Source of the DNA: Terriglobales bacterium
Lineage (GTDB): Bacteria; Acidobacteriota; Terriglobia; Terriglobales; Acidobacteriaceae
Assembly: GCA_035623795.1 (NCBI GenBank)
Contig: DASPST010000104.1
Coordinates: 5,366-69,365 of the forward strand
Direction: 5' to 3'
DNA length: 64,000 nucleotides
The translations under genes and the position numbers were made by a program. Positions 27,840 to 36,842 of this stretch are shown here, one piece after another; the stretch's first letter is position 1; every line of letters begins with the position of its first letter. The notes under the pieces were generated by a model, which worked only from the letters and a program-made list of their open reading frames with translations, did not search any database and was not told where the DNA came from.

Positions 27840-28193
27840 ATGACATCCCGTGTGCAGAATCTGGGCAATTTGCTCGTTGCTGTTCTGATGACGGCCGGCC
27901 TAGCTGTGTCCACCGCTTCCGCGGCTGGCAAAACCCAGTCCTTTGTTGGCCAGGTCGGCGACTCGATGTGCGGCGCTCATCATATGGGCGGGACACCCGC
28001 AGAGTGTACGCGGATCTGTGTCTCGAAGGGCGCAAAGTATTCTCTAGTGGTAGGCGACAAGGTTTACACTCTGGATACTACTGACAAAAACGAATTGGAT
28101 CGACTGTCCACGCTCGCCGGCGAGAAAGCTAAGGTTACCGGTACTGTCGACGGCGACATCATCAAGGTGGCATCGGTCGAAGCCAGCAAATAG
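27840..28193 (+). CDS. small exported Cys/His-motif protein (hypothetical)
   Basis: Signal peptide ending ..STASA, then the mature motif CGAHHMGGTPAECTRIC. A clean terminator follows. Confidence 0.6.
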   Translation: MTSRVQNLGNLLVAVLMTAGLAVSTASAAGKTQSFVGQVGDSMCGAHHMGGTPAECTRICVSKGAKYSLVVGDKVYTLDTTDKNELDRLSTLAGEKAKVTGTVDGDIIKVASVEASK

Positions 28194-28237
28194 ATTGCGG
28201 TTTTCTGCTGCCCTCCCCCACAGGCGCACGCAGGCCG

Positions 28238-28266
28238 GGCGGGGGCCTTCTGGCCCCCGCCTTTTT
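28238..28266 (+). terminator. rho-independent terminator
   Basis: GGCGGGGGCC, loop TTCT, GGCCCCCGCC, followed by TTTTT. Confidence 0.8.
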
Positions 28267-28359
28267 CGTCTTCGCTGGATCTTTTTATCCAATGTTCACA
28301 AATCGCTATGTTAGATTTGCGTTTTCTTCCGCTCGGTTTGAGCGCTGGAGGCAAGTGAA

Positions 28360-28917
28360 TTGAGCAAGGACATGGTCCCGAAGCGGATCTTCTTCACCAA
28401 GGGAGTAGGCAAGCACCGTGAACGGCTTACCTCATTCGAGCTTGCCCTGCGGGACGCCGGTATCGCCGCACAGAATCTTGTGCGCGTCTCCTCCATTTTT
28501 CCTCCCAATTGCAAACTGGTGCCCCGCTCCGCCGGACTCAAATACCTGCACCCGGGTGAAGTGGTCTTTGCGGTGATCGCGGAGAACAGCACCCGGGAGG
28601 CCCACCGCCTTCTCGCCTCCAGCATCGGGGTCGCCATCCCCGCCGATCGAACGACCTACGGCTACTTGAGCGAGCATCACTCCTTCGGCGAAACGGAAGA
28701 CTCTGCCGGTGATTACGCCGAGGAACTGGCTGCCGAGATGCTCGCCACCACGTTGAACGTCGAATTCGATCCCGACCGCTCTTGGGACGAAAAAAAGCAG
28801 ATTTACCGCCTGTCGAACAAGATTGTCCGAACCGCTAACGTCACCCAGTCGGCGGTCGGAGACAAGCGGGGCCTCTGGACAACCGTAATCGCGGCTGCCA
28901 TCTTGATCTTCGACTGA
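28360..28917 (+). CDS. pdaD: pyruvoyl-dependent arginine decarboxylase
   Basis: [12 protein letters not shown]...[26 protein letters not shown], including the self-cleaving Ser-Ser site typical of PdaD. GGAGG lies 8 nt before TTG 28360. Confidence 0.85.
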   Translation: MSKDMVPKRIFFTKGVGKHRERLTSFELALRDAGIAAQNLVRVSSIFPPNCKLVPRSAGLKYLHPGEVVFAVIAENSTREAHRLLASSIGVAIPADRTTYGYLSEHHSFGETEDSAGDYAEELAAEMLATTLNVEFDPDRSWDEKKQIYRLSNKIVRTANVTQSAVGDKRGLWTTVIAAAILIFD

Positions 28918-28968
28918 TCGCCGCCAGCCTGCCCGGAGAACAACCGAAGGTACCAACCTCGGCTGCCC

Positions 28969-30117
28969 CTATCTCGCCGCCATCTTCTTCTTGGCCTTCC
29001 CTTTGAGGCCCTTATCCTTCTCCAGCCGTTCTAACACCGCCGCCGCAATGATCGGTAAACCCACGGTCGCATCCACGAAGGCCTCTCCAAACTTCCCTCC
29101 CTCGGCCGGCGGTACAAACTTGCCCCAGGAAATCGCCTCGCTGTACGGACTGCCGGACAATCCGCCCCAGTACACCGGCTCCGGGCAAATGCGTACCCCA
29201 TAGTGATAGCGCTTCAGGGGAATGTTCTCCCCCAGCCGCCGGTGCCGCAGCTCAATGAACGGACCAAACTGCTGCGACCAGTTCCGCGGCACGCCCCCGC
29301 CGATGGTCAGCAGACCCAGCCGCTTCTGTCGCAGTAAGGTCGCAGCGAAATGCTCTAGGTCCAGAAACGGATCGAAGCGAATTTTGTGGCGTCCGGTCGA
29401 CTCCCGCAGCCGGTTATTCAAGGCCACGTCCAGCCCGAGTTCCGAATCCGTAAAGGCAGGGACAAAGACCGGAACACCCTGTTCAAACGCCGACTTCAAA
29501 ATTCCACGCTGGTCCTTCGCCGTCCTGACCAGATGCGCTCCGATGGCGTGGTTCAGCTTGTAGGAGCACAACACCTCGCTGTGATCCCAGCCTTCGAGTA
29601 TCTCGGATATTACTTCCTCGACGTCATCCAGGTTCTGCTCAGGTTCTAGGGTGTCATACACGCGGTTGTACCCTTGCTGATACAACTCCTCGTCGGAGAC
29701 CTGGGGATTGACCCGGAAGTGTGCCCGTCCGGTTGCTTCCACCAGCCCATGCGCCATCAGTGCCCCGGTCGAAACCACTGCATTTACGATTCCCCGGTCG
29801 ATCAGCTCGGCAATAATCAGGCCTTGTTTGGCCACTGTCATGGCGCCCGCCAGCGTCATCACCACAAAGCAGTCCTCGTCACGGGCCATGGCTTCCAGCA
29901 CATCCGCAGCTTCGCCCAGCTGACGTCCGGTGAATGCGGTCTTCGCCATGGCACGCACCAGGTCATCGATCGACCGCACTTTGGTCAGATCCAGGGGCTC
30001 CAGCGGAACAAGTCGGTCCTCGACGGGATTGTGCAGTTTCCGGTCAATTCCCGCCCCATCCCCCGAAACACTATGATTGTTGTGACTCTGGTGAGGGTGC
30101 TTGTCATGATTCTTCAA
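28969..30117 (-). CDS. deoxyhypusine synthase family protein (probable homospermidine-synthase-like enzyme)
   Basis: TLAGAMTVAKQGLIIAELIDRGIVNAVVSTGALMAHG and GGGVPRNW family signatures. Confidence 0.8.
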   Translation of the reverse strand: MKNHDKHPHQSHNNHSVSGDGAGIDRKLHNPVEDRLVPLEPLDLTKVRSIDDLVRAMAKTAFTGRQLGEAADVLEAMARDEDCFVVMTLAGAMTVAKQGLIIAELIDRGIVNAVVSTGALMAHGLVEATGRAHFRVNPQVSDEELYQQGYNRVYDTLEPEQNLDDVEEVISEILEGWDHSEVLCSYKLNHAIGAHLVRTAKDQRGILKSAFEQGVPVFVPAFTDSELGLDVALNNRLRESTGRHKIRFDPFLDLEHFAATLLRQKRLGLLTIGGGVPRNWSQQFGPFIELRHRRLGENIPLKRYHYGVRICPEPVYWGGLSGSPYSEAISWGKFVPPAEGGKFGEAFVDATVGLPIIAAAVLERLEKDKGLKGKAKKKMAAR

Positions 30118-30254
30118 ATGTCACCTCCAAGCTCCTGGCGTATGAATGCAAGCCAATACTCTACTAGAAGCGCAGCTTCTCTGGCAGTGCGCCTGTCTGC
30201 CACAGACAGACCGGTCTTCAAGCTCTGCTATCCTATCTGTCCACCTCGGGGAGG

Positions 30255-31166
30255 ATGCCAAGCTTGCCACCACAGAACTTCAGCCTAGGGCTCATCCAGA
30301 TGTCCTGTGGCCCGGAGCCGGAAGAAAACATGCAAAAGGCGTTGGCTCGCATCGGCGACGCCGCCGCGAAGGGCGCCCAGGTGGTGTGCCTTCCCGAGCT
30401 GTTCCAGACTCAATACTTCTGCCAGCGCGAAGACCACGCCCTGTTCGAGCTGGCCGAGCCCATCCCCGGCCCGAGCACCGAAAAACTCGCTGCAGCCGCC
30501 CGCCAGCATGGCATCACCCTCATCGCATCGCTATTTGAGAAGCGTGCCCCTGGCCTTTACCACAATACCGCCGCCGTCTTTGACACCGATGGCACCCTCC
30601 GCGGCATCTACCGTAAAATGCACATCCCGGATGACCCGCTCTACTACGAAAAGTTTTACTTCACGCCCGGGGACCTTGGCTTCCGGGCCTTTGACACGCA
30701 ATCCGGCAAGATCGGCGCGCTGGTTTGCTGGGACCAGTGGTACCCGGAGGGCGCCCGCCTGACCGCTCTGCAGGGCGCCACTATCCTCTTCTATCCCACC
30801 GCCATCGGCTGGCATCCATCGGAGAAAGCCGAGTTTGGCGAAGCCCAATACGACGCCTGGCGTACCATCCAACGCGCCCATGCGATTGCCAACGGAGTCT
30901 ACGTCGGCGTAGTGAATCGTGTCGGCTTCGAGACCGGAAATGTGCGCGGTAATGTTGCTTCCGGCACAGGGCTGGAGTTCTGGGGCGGCTCCTTCGTTGC
31001 CGATCCCTTCGGACGCGTGCTGGCGCAGGGGTCGCATGACAGGGAAGAAATCCTGCTGGCCGAGGTCGACCTGCGCAAGCTCGAAGATATTCGTCGCAAC
31101 TGGCCATTCCTGCGCGACCGCCGCATCGACAGCTACGCTCCCATCACCAGCCGCTTGATCGATTGA
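30255..31166 (+). CDS. aguB: N-carbamoylputrescine amidase (CN-hydrolase family)
   Basis: LGLIQMSC...VVCLPELF...YRKMHIPDDP.YYEKFYF.PGD...ALVCWDQWYPE. The catalytic Glu/Lys/Cys context matches the nitrilase superfamily. Confidence 0.85.
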   Translation: MPSLPPQNFSLGLIQMSCGPEPEENMQKALARIGDAAAKGAQVVCLPELFQTQYFCQREDHALFELAEPIPGPSTEKLAAAARQHGITLIASLFEKRAPGLYHNTAAVFDTDGTLRGIYRKMHIPDDPLYYEKFYFTPGDLGFRAFDTQSGKIGALVCWDQWYPEGARLTALQGATILFYPTAIGWHPSEKAEFGEAQYDAWRTIQRAHAIANGVYVGVVNRVGFETGNVRGNVASGTGLEFWGGSFVADPFGRVLAQGSHDREEILLAEVDLRKLEDIRRNWPFLRDRRIDSYAPITSRLID

Positions 31167-31198
31167 GGACCGACCGCAGCCGCCACCGCCAGACCTCT

Positions 31199-32332
31199 AT
31201 GAAACCCGCCCACCACCGAAGCGCAGCCCACAACCCAGCCGACGCCGTCATGCCGGCGGAATGGGAGCCTCACCAGTCGACCTGGCTCGCCTGGCCGCAC
31301 TTTCGCGGCGATTGGCCGGGGAAGTTTGAGCCCATTCCATGGGTTTATGCCGAGATCATCCGCAACCTCGCCCGCCACGAGCGGGTCGACCTCATCGTCA
31401 ACAACGCCGAGTCGGAGAGACGCACGCGTAAGACCCTGAAGCTGGCGAACGCTCTGAAGCGAAACATCCGCTTCCACCGCTGGCCCACGAACCGGGTCTG
31501 GACCCGCGATTCCGGCTGCACCTTCGTATGGAGCGCAAACGCCCACGCCCGCTCCGGGACAAGCCGGCCCGCCGGTGTCGATGAAAATGTGACATCATTG
31601 CAGGCCATCAAGTGGCGCTTCAACGCCTGGGCCAAGTACCGGAACTACCGCCATGACGACAAGGTCGGCTCAATGATGGCCAAGGCGGCAAGGACGCCGG
31701 AGATTCGAGCCATTTACAACCACGTGCCTGTGGTTCTGGAAGGAGGCTCCATCGACGTGAACGGCCGCGGAACTCTGCTGACGACAGAGGAGTGCCTGCT
31801 CAGCAAGGTTCAACCGCGCAATCCCGGTTTCCGGCAGAACGACTACGAGCAGGTGTTCGCCAACTACCTTGGCATTCAAAAGGTCATATGGCTTGGCCGC
31901 GGCATCATCGGCGATGACACGCACGGACATGTCGACGACATCACCCGCTTCGTCGCCCCGGATACGATCGTCACCATGGTTGAGAGCAATCCCGGTGACC
32001 CCAACCACGCTCCGCTGCAAGAGAATCTGGCCTGCCTGAAATCCGCCACCGATCAAGATGGCCGCCGGTTCACCATCGTCGAGCTGCCCATGCCGCGGCC
32101 CGTTGTATTCGAGCGACGCCGTCTTCCCGCCAGCTACGGAAATTTCTACATCGCCAACGGCCTCGTGCTGGTTCCCGTCTTCGACGATCCCAACGACCGT
32201 CTCGTCCTCAACATCCTTGCGGACCTGTTCCCCGGCCGTGAGATTGTTCCCATCTACTCCGGCGACCTGATCTGGGGCTTGGGGGCGCTGCACTGCATGA
32301 CACAGCAACAGCCGGCGGCTCAGCAGCTTTGA
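31199..32332 (+). CDS. aguA: agmatine deiminase
   Basis: MPAEWEPHQSTWLAWPH, TRDSG, DDTHGHVDD and GALHCMTQQQP (catalytic Cys) motifs. An alternative TTG start at 31163 overlaps the aguB stop by 4 nt. Confidence 0.9.
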   Translation: MKPAHHRSAAHNPADAVMPAEWEPHQSTWLAWPHFRGDWPGKFEPIPWVYAEIIRNLARHERVDLIVNNAESERRTRKTLKLANALKRNIRFHRWPTNRVWTRDSGCTFVWSANAHARSGTSRPAGVDENVTSLQAIKWRFNAWAKYRNYRHDDKVGSMMAKAARTPEIRAIYNHVPVVLEGGSIDVNGRGTLLTTEECLLSKVQPRNPGFRQNDYEQVFANYLGIQKVIWLGRGIIGDDTHGHVDDITRFVAPDTIVTMVESNPGDPNHAPLQENLACLKSATDQDGRRFTIVELPMPRPVVFERRRLPASYGNFYIANGLVLVPVFDDPNDRLVLNILADLFPGREIVPIYSGDLIWGLGALHCMTQQQPAAQQL

Positions 32333-32543
32333 TTACACCTCGATTCGTTCTGGCCTTCGCGGTTCGAGAAAAGCTCATGCGGGGGCTGGAGAGGCGGGCG
32401 TCGGCGCCCGTTGTGCGACTGGCGCAAGGGCTGAAGTGAAAGGCGTGGAAAGACCCACTCTCCTTATGAATTTGTTCCGCTCTCGGGTCCGGCTGGTGAG
32501 TTTGAAGTTAGACGGGGTGCGAAAATTGGCCGGTTGAGGTCCA

Positions 32544-33005
32544 CTATTTCTTATACACCGTCGGCTCCGGCCCCTGTTCCAGCGTCTGCCGGTCCCAGAT
32601 CATACCCTCACGGGAGTAGTTGGCCAGCTCGAAATCCTGTGTCAACTCCAGCGCGTCGGTGGGACACGCATCCTCGCACAACCCGCAGAACATGCAGCGG
32701 CTCAGGTCGTAGGTGAAGTTGGTGAGTTCTTTGCGGCGGGTTTTTTCGTTGCGCTCGCTCGAGACCACGATCAGGTGCTCGGGGCACGCCAGCGCGCACA
32801 GGTCGCAGGCAATGCACATGGTCTCGTTGGTGTCGGGATTGACGTTCAGCCGAGGCGCACCCCGGTACCGCTCCGCCACCTGTGGCCGCTCTAGCGGATA
32901 CTGCTCAGTGTAAATCTCCTTGGGATCCTGGTACCGGAACGTAACCTTAAGCCCCTGCATCAGGTCTAGCAGGAATACCTTGCGCAACAGGTCGGGGATT
33001 CCCAT
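32544..33005 (-). CDS. nuoI: NADH-quinone oxidoreductase subunit I (2x[4Fe-4S] ferredoxin type), stand-alone copy 1
   Basis: The N-terminus LLRKVFLLDLMQGLKVTFRY...YPLERP is NuoI-like. CIACDLCALACP and CMFCGLCEDACP cluster motifs. ATG 33005 chosen. No other nuo gene is adjacent. Confidence 0.8.
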   Translation of the reverse strand: MGIPDLLRKVFLLDLMQGLKVTFRYQDPKEIYTEQYPLERPQVAERYRGAPRLNVNPDTNETMCIACDLCALACPEHLIVVSSERNEKTRRKELTNFTYDLSRCMFCGLCEDACPTDALELTQDFELANYSREGMIWDRQTLEQGPEPTVYKK

Positions 33006-33158
33006 ACTTGGGTTAGCATACCACGCGGCCCCCATCCCACAACCGCTGGGCAGCCGGGCTCCGTCCTCTAACCCGCCTGTTTACAGCCTCTTCGGAACAG
33101 TTGGATCATCGGAACCTTTTGCCCTCCCGGCACGTATCTAGCTGCGAGAGTGGGAACC

Positions 33159-33314
33159 GTGAAAGCCTTCCTGACATTGCGGTCCGACTGGCGCTGGGCT
33201 CTGTTGGCAGTCCCGGTGCTGATCGTGGCTCACTGGATGATCGTCACCGTCGGTCCCGTGGTCCTTCGTACCGTAGTCCCAGACACCGTGCGCACAGTCT
33301 TGCATTTGTTGTGA
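33159..33314 (+). CDS. possible 51-aa single-pass membrane peptide
   Basis: GTG start. Product: MKAFLTLRSDWRWALLAVPVLIVAHWMIVTVGPVVLRTVVPDTVRTVLHLL. It is below the ORF-track cutoff, the ribosome-binding site is weak, and there is no homology evidence. Confidence 0.25.
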   Translation: MKAFLTLRSDWRWALLAVPVLIVAHWMIVTVGPVVLRTVVPDTVRTVLHLL

Positions 33315-33351
33315 TCTGCCCTTTTCTCGGCTTGCTGGCCGAGCCGATAGA

Positions 33352-33888
33352 ATGAGTGTCGGGTTGAACGACGAGAACCAACAACACATGAGTTTGGCCA
33401 ACGACCAACGAGCAACGACCAACAACTATTCCGCGACCGATCCCCAGGATGAGTTCTTCATGCAAGAGGCCCTGCGGGCTGCACAGCGCGCCCTAGAGTT
33501 GGGCGAGGTGCCGGTGGGTGCGGTGGTGGTCTGTGACGGGCGCATCATTGCCTGCGGCTGGAACCGCAATATCACCGACAGCGATCCCAGCGCGCACGCC
33601 GAGATCATCGCGCTGCGCGAAGCGGGTGCCGCCGTTGGTAACCACCGCCTGGGCGACTGCGAACTGTTTGTTACAATTGAGCCGTGCGCCATGTGCGCGG
33701 GCGCCTTGGTTCAGGCCCGTCTCCGGCGCCTGGTTTACGGAGCCGATGATCCGAAAGCTGGCGCAGTGCACTCGGTCTTGCAGGTGCTGAATCACCCGCA
33801 ACTGAACCACCGCATGCCAGTCCGCGCGGGAGTTCTATCCGGTCGATCAGCGCAGCTACTGCAAGAATTTTTCCGAAGCCGGAGATAG
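33352..33888 (+). CDS. tadA: tRNA adenosine(34) deaminase
   Basis: FMQEALRAAQRA...EVPVGAVVV, HAEI and TIEPCAMCAGAL zinc-binding motifs. Confidence 0.9.
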   Translation: MSVGLNDENQQHMSLANDQRATTNNYSATDPQDEFFMQEALRAAQRALELGEVPVGAVVVCDGRIIACGWNRNITDSDPSAHAEIIALREAGAAVGNHRLGDCELFVTIEPCAMCAGALVQARLRRLVYGADDPKAGAVHSVLQVLNHPQLNHRMPVRAGVLSGRSAQLLQEFFRSRR

Positions 33889-33923
33889 AAGCTGTTGGTC
33901 GTCAGCGATCGTGCTTAGCGCGT

Positions 33924-34013
33924 GGAGAGGTGCGTGAGTGGTTGAAACGATCCGCCTCGAAAGCGGACATACCTTAACGGGTATCGGGGGTTCGAATCCC
34001 TCCCTCTCCGCCA
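33924..34013 (+). tRNA. tRNA-Ser(CGA): tRNA-Ser (anticodon CGA)
   Basis: Hand-folded cloverleaf. Acceptor GGAGAGG/CCTCTCC, anticodon stem TCCGC/GCGGA with loop CTCGAAA, long variable arm, T-loop TTCGAAT, encoded CCA. Confidence 0.9.
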
Positions 34014-34176
34014 TTACCCTCGTGATCCAGCCCCCCCGATCGGGCTGGGGCGCGCTGTGCTCGTAAGCGTAGATTGACGTTTGCCACCCACTACGATCGG
34101 GGCGCGAGTGTCGCTACTCGGGAGCGACCCGCCAAGTGACGATCGAGGTAAGACAGGAAGATCTTTGTCGTCGCCT

Positions 34177-35367
34177 ATGTCCACCACACAACCGCTTAGC
34201 TTGCCTAAACCGCTATCGACCAGCGGTGCCAACACGCCTTTCTCCGCGCGCCTGGTCTGCCTGGACGTCTTCCGCGGACTAGCTGTCGCAGGCATGATCC
34301 TTGTTGACAACCCCGGCAGTGACGATGGCGCTTACTGGCCCATAAAGCATGCCGAGTGGAACGGCTGGACCCCGGCTGACTTCATTTTTCCATCATTCTT
34401 GTTCTTGGTCGGCGTTTCCATGGTGTTCTCCTTTTCGTCGCGCCTCCGGCGTGGCCAGTCACGCCGGCAGATTCTGTTCCACGGTTTCAAACGCAGCCTC
34501 ATCCTGATCGCGATCGGGCTGGTGGTGAACGCGTCTCCCATTGTTGGTCTGGATCTGCGCACCTGGCGGTTTGAAGGTGTAACCCAGCGCATTGCGCTCT
34601 GCTACCTGGTGGCCGCAATTCTTGTACTGTGGTCAAGTCGTCGGGGACAGTGGATTGCGTTGGGCACCTGTCTGGTTGGGTATTGGGTGATACTGCGCTT
34701 CGTCCCGGTGCCCGGCTTGGGCTTGCCCGGACGGGACATTCCGTTCATGGACCCCGATCGCAACCTTGTTGCCTGGCTGGACCGAAAGTTGTTCGCGGGA
34801 CATCTTTATAACGGTTCCCGCGACCCGGAAGGCATCATCAGCACAATTCCGGCGATCGCCACTACCTTAATCGGAGTGCTGACCGGACACTGGCTCCATT
34901 CCGCAAAGAACTCCGGCGCCAAGGCACTTCGCCTGCTACTTTTCGGAATTCTTGGCTTAGTGACTGGTCTGGTGTGGAATCACTGGTTTCCAATCAACAA
35001 GAATCTTTGGACCAGCTCATTCGCCCTCTTTAGCGGCGGCTTCGCTCTGGTTTTTCTTGCTTTTCTCTACTGGGTGCTGGAAATCAAGCAATGGCGTGGT
35101 TCCTGGACTATGCCAATTTTGGTCTTCGGGATGAACGCAGTTGTAGGATTCCTTGCCGACTCGCTGGTGTACGGTCCTGGATATACTTTCACGGTGAAGG
35201 ATCGGAATGGAAGCCCAACCAGTTGGCATGACGCCGCACAGGGTTTTCTGGTGTCCCTCGGCTTCAACGTGGCCAACGCGTCACTGGTCTACTCCCTGGC
35301 TGCGGTGCTGTTTTGCTGGACTCTCCTGTGGCTCCTCTGGCGAAAACGGATTTTTATCAAGGTCTAA
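34177..35367 (+). CDS. heparan-alpha-glucosaminide N-acetyltransferase-like membrane acyltransferase (DUF1624/DUF5009 type)
   Basis: The RLVCLDVFRGLAVAGMILVDNPG N-terminal signature, about 10 TM helices. ATG 34177 chosen. Confidence 0.7.
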   Translation: MSTTQPLSLPKPLSTSGANTPFSARLVCLDVFRGLAVAGMILVDNPGSDDGAYWPIKHAEWNGWTPADFIFPSFLFLVGVSMVFSFSSRLRRGQSRRQILFHGFKRSLILIAIGLVVNASPIVGLDLRTWRFEGVTQRIALCYLVAAILVLWSSRRGQWIALGTCLVGYWVILRFVPVPGLGLPGRDIPFMDPDRNLVAWLDRKLFAGHLYNGSRDPEGIISTIPAIATTLIGVLTGHWLHSAKNSGAKALRLLLFGILGLVTGLVWNHWFPINKNLWTSSFALFSGGFALVFLAFLYWVLEIKQWRGSWTMPILVFGMNAVVGFLADSLVYGPGYTFTVKDRNGSPTSWHDAAQGFLVSLGFNVANASLVYSLAAVLFCWTLLWLLWRKRIFIKV

Positions 35368-35488
35368 CGCCGCACCGACTCCCGCCCAGGTACCCGTCTC
35401 CCGTTCGACATCCCAAACGTCAAGGGCCGACCCACCCGTTAGACGTTACGAATTGGGAGGTTCCGCGTCTCATTCTTGAGGTGCATTC

Positions 35489-36598
35489 ATGCGGTCTCTC
35501 ACGGTCTGGGTGGCGCTTGCGATTCTCCTATCCCCTGTTGCGGTCGGCGCTCAAACACAACTGGCGAACGATGGTTGGGCGAAGATAGACCCTGCAGAGG
35601 GCGGTCTCTCTGACGCCAGACTGCACGCGATGAGTGTGGCGATCCGCTCCGACCAGTTCAAGAAAATCGGGAGTGTTCTTATCGCCCGTCACGGCAAGCT
35701 TCTGTACGAGGACTATGTTGAGGGTGACGCAAGCACCCTGCGTGATACGCGGTCGGCCACCAAGAGCATTACCGATGTCCTCGTGGGCATAGCAATTGAT
35801 GAGAAAACCCTGACTGGGGTAGGGGCTCGCATCTTGCAACTGCTGCCGGGCCATGCGGCTAAGCTCGAAAACCGCGATCCGCGGAAGGACCAGATGACGG
35901 TGGAAGACTTTCTGACTATGTCTTCCCCTCTTGAGTGTGATGACTGGAACGACGCCTCTCGAGGCAACGAAGAACGGATGTACCTGGTCGAAGACTGGAC
36001 GCAATTTATCCTTGACCTCCCCATTCGCGGACATACGCATTTGGGTGAGCAACTTGAGCCGCCTCCCTTCGGAAGATATTTCAGCTACTGCACAGGAGGA
36101 GTCTTCGCGCTCAGCGAGATCCTTGAGAACGTGACTGGTTTGCGTACCGATCGCTATGCGCAGCTAAAACTCTTTGGGCCGTTGGGAATCACTGACGCGC
36201 AATGGGTTTTCTCGCCCATGAATATCCCCATGACGGGCGGTGGACTGCGACTCTCCAGCCGCGACCTGTTAAAGATTGCCGAGCTTTACCGCAGCGGAGG
36301 CCAATGGCACGGCCAGAGGATCGTCGACGAAAGCTGGGTACACACCTCCGTCCAAGCCCATGCCCGGGTCGACGAGACAACCGAGTACGGCTACCTGTGG
36401 TGGCTCAAGTCGTTCACCTCCGCTGGAAAGAGCAATCCGGCGTTCTTTATGAGTGGGAATGGCGGTAACAAGGTCGCCGTGTTCCCTGGCTTAGATCTGT
36501 CCGTTGTCATCACCAGCACCAACTACAACACCCGCGGCATGCACGAGCAAACTGAAAAACTCCTGACCGATCATGTTCTGCCTTCTGTCGAGAAGTGA
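35489..36598 (+). CDS. serine hydrolase, beta-lactamase (class C-like) family, exported
   Basis: Signal peptide, S-x-x-K motif SATKSITDV, and YCTGG/YSN-like region. Confidence 0.8.
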   Translation: MRSLTVWVALAILLSPVAVGAQTQLANDGWAKIDPAEGGLSDARLHAMSVAIRSDQFKKIGSVLIARHGKLLYEDYVEGDASTLRDTRSATKSITDVLVGIAIDEKTLTGVGARILQLLPGHAAKLENRDPRKDQMTVEDFLTMSSPLECDDWNDASRGNEERMYLVEDWTQFILDLPIRGHTHLGEQLEPPPFGRYFSYCTGGVFALSEILENVTGLRTDRYAQLKLFGPLGITDAQWVFSPMNIPMTGGGLRLSSRDLLKIAELYRSGGQWHGQRIVDESWVHTSVQAHARVDETTEYGYLWWLKSFTSAGKSNPAFFMSGNGGNKVAVFPGLDLSVVITSTNYNTRGMHEQTEKLLTDHVLPSVEK

Positions 36599-36842
36599 AG
36601 CAGTTTCCTCATCGATCGAGCCACGACGTCTCAAAACGCCAGGGACAGGTCAATCTGTCTCCCTTAACCCAGGTGCCATGAGGAAGGGATCAGATGAGTA
36701 ACGACGCTGTCGAGAGAGTTAAGTCAGAGCCGTGGAGGCTGATTCGTTGCGCTCCGCCATGCTCTGGATGGCGGAACCGGATCGGGGACGATATAGTGGT
36801 CCCGCACTTCATCCATCTCACAACAACCTTGGACGGAGAGAC

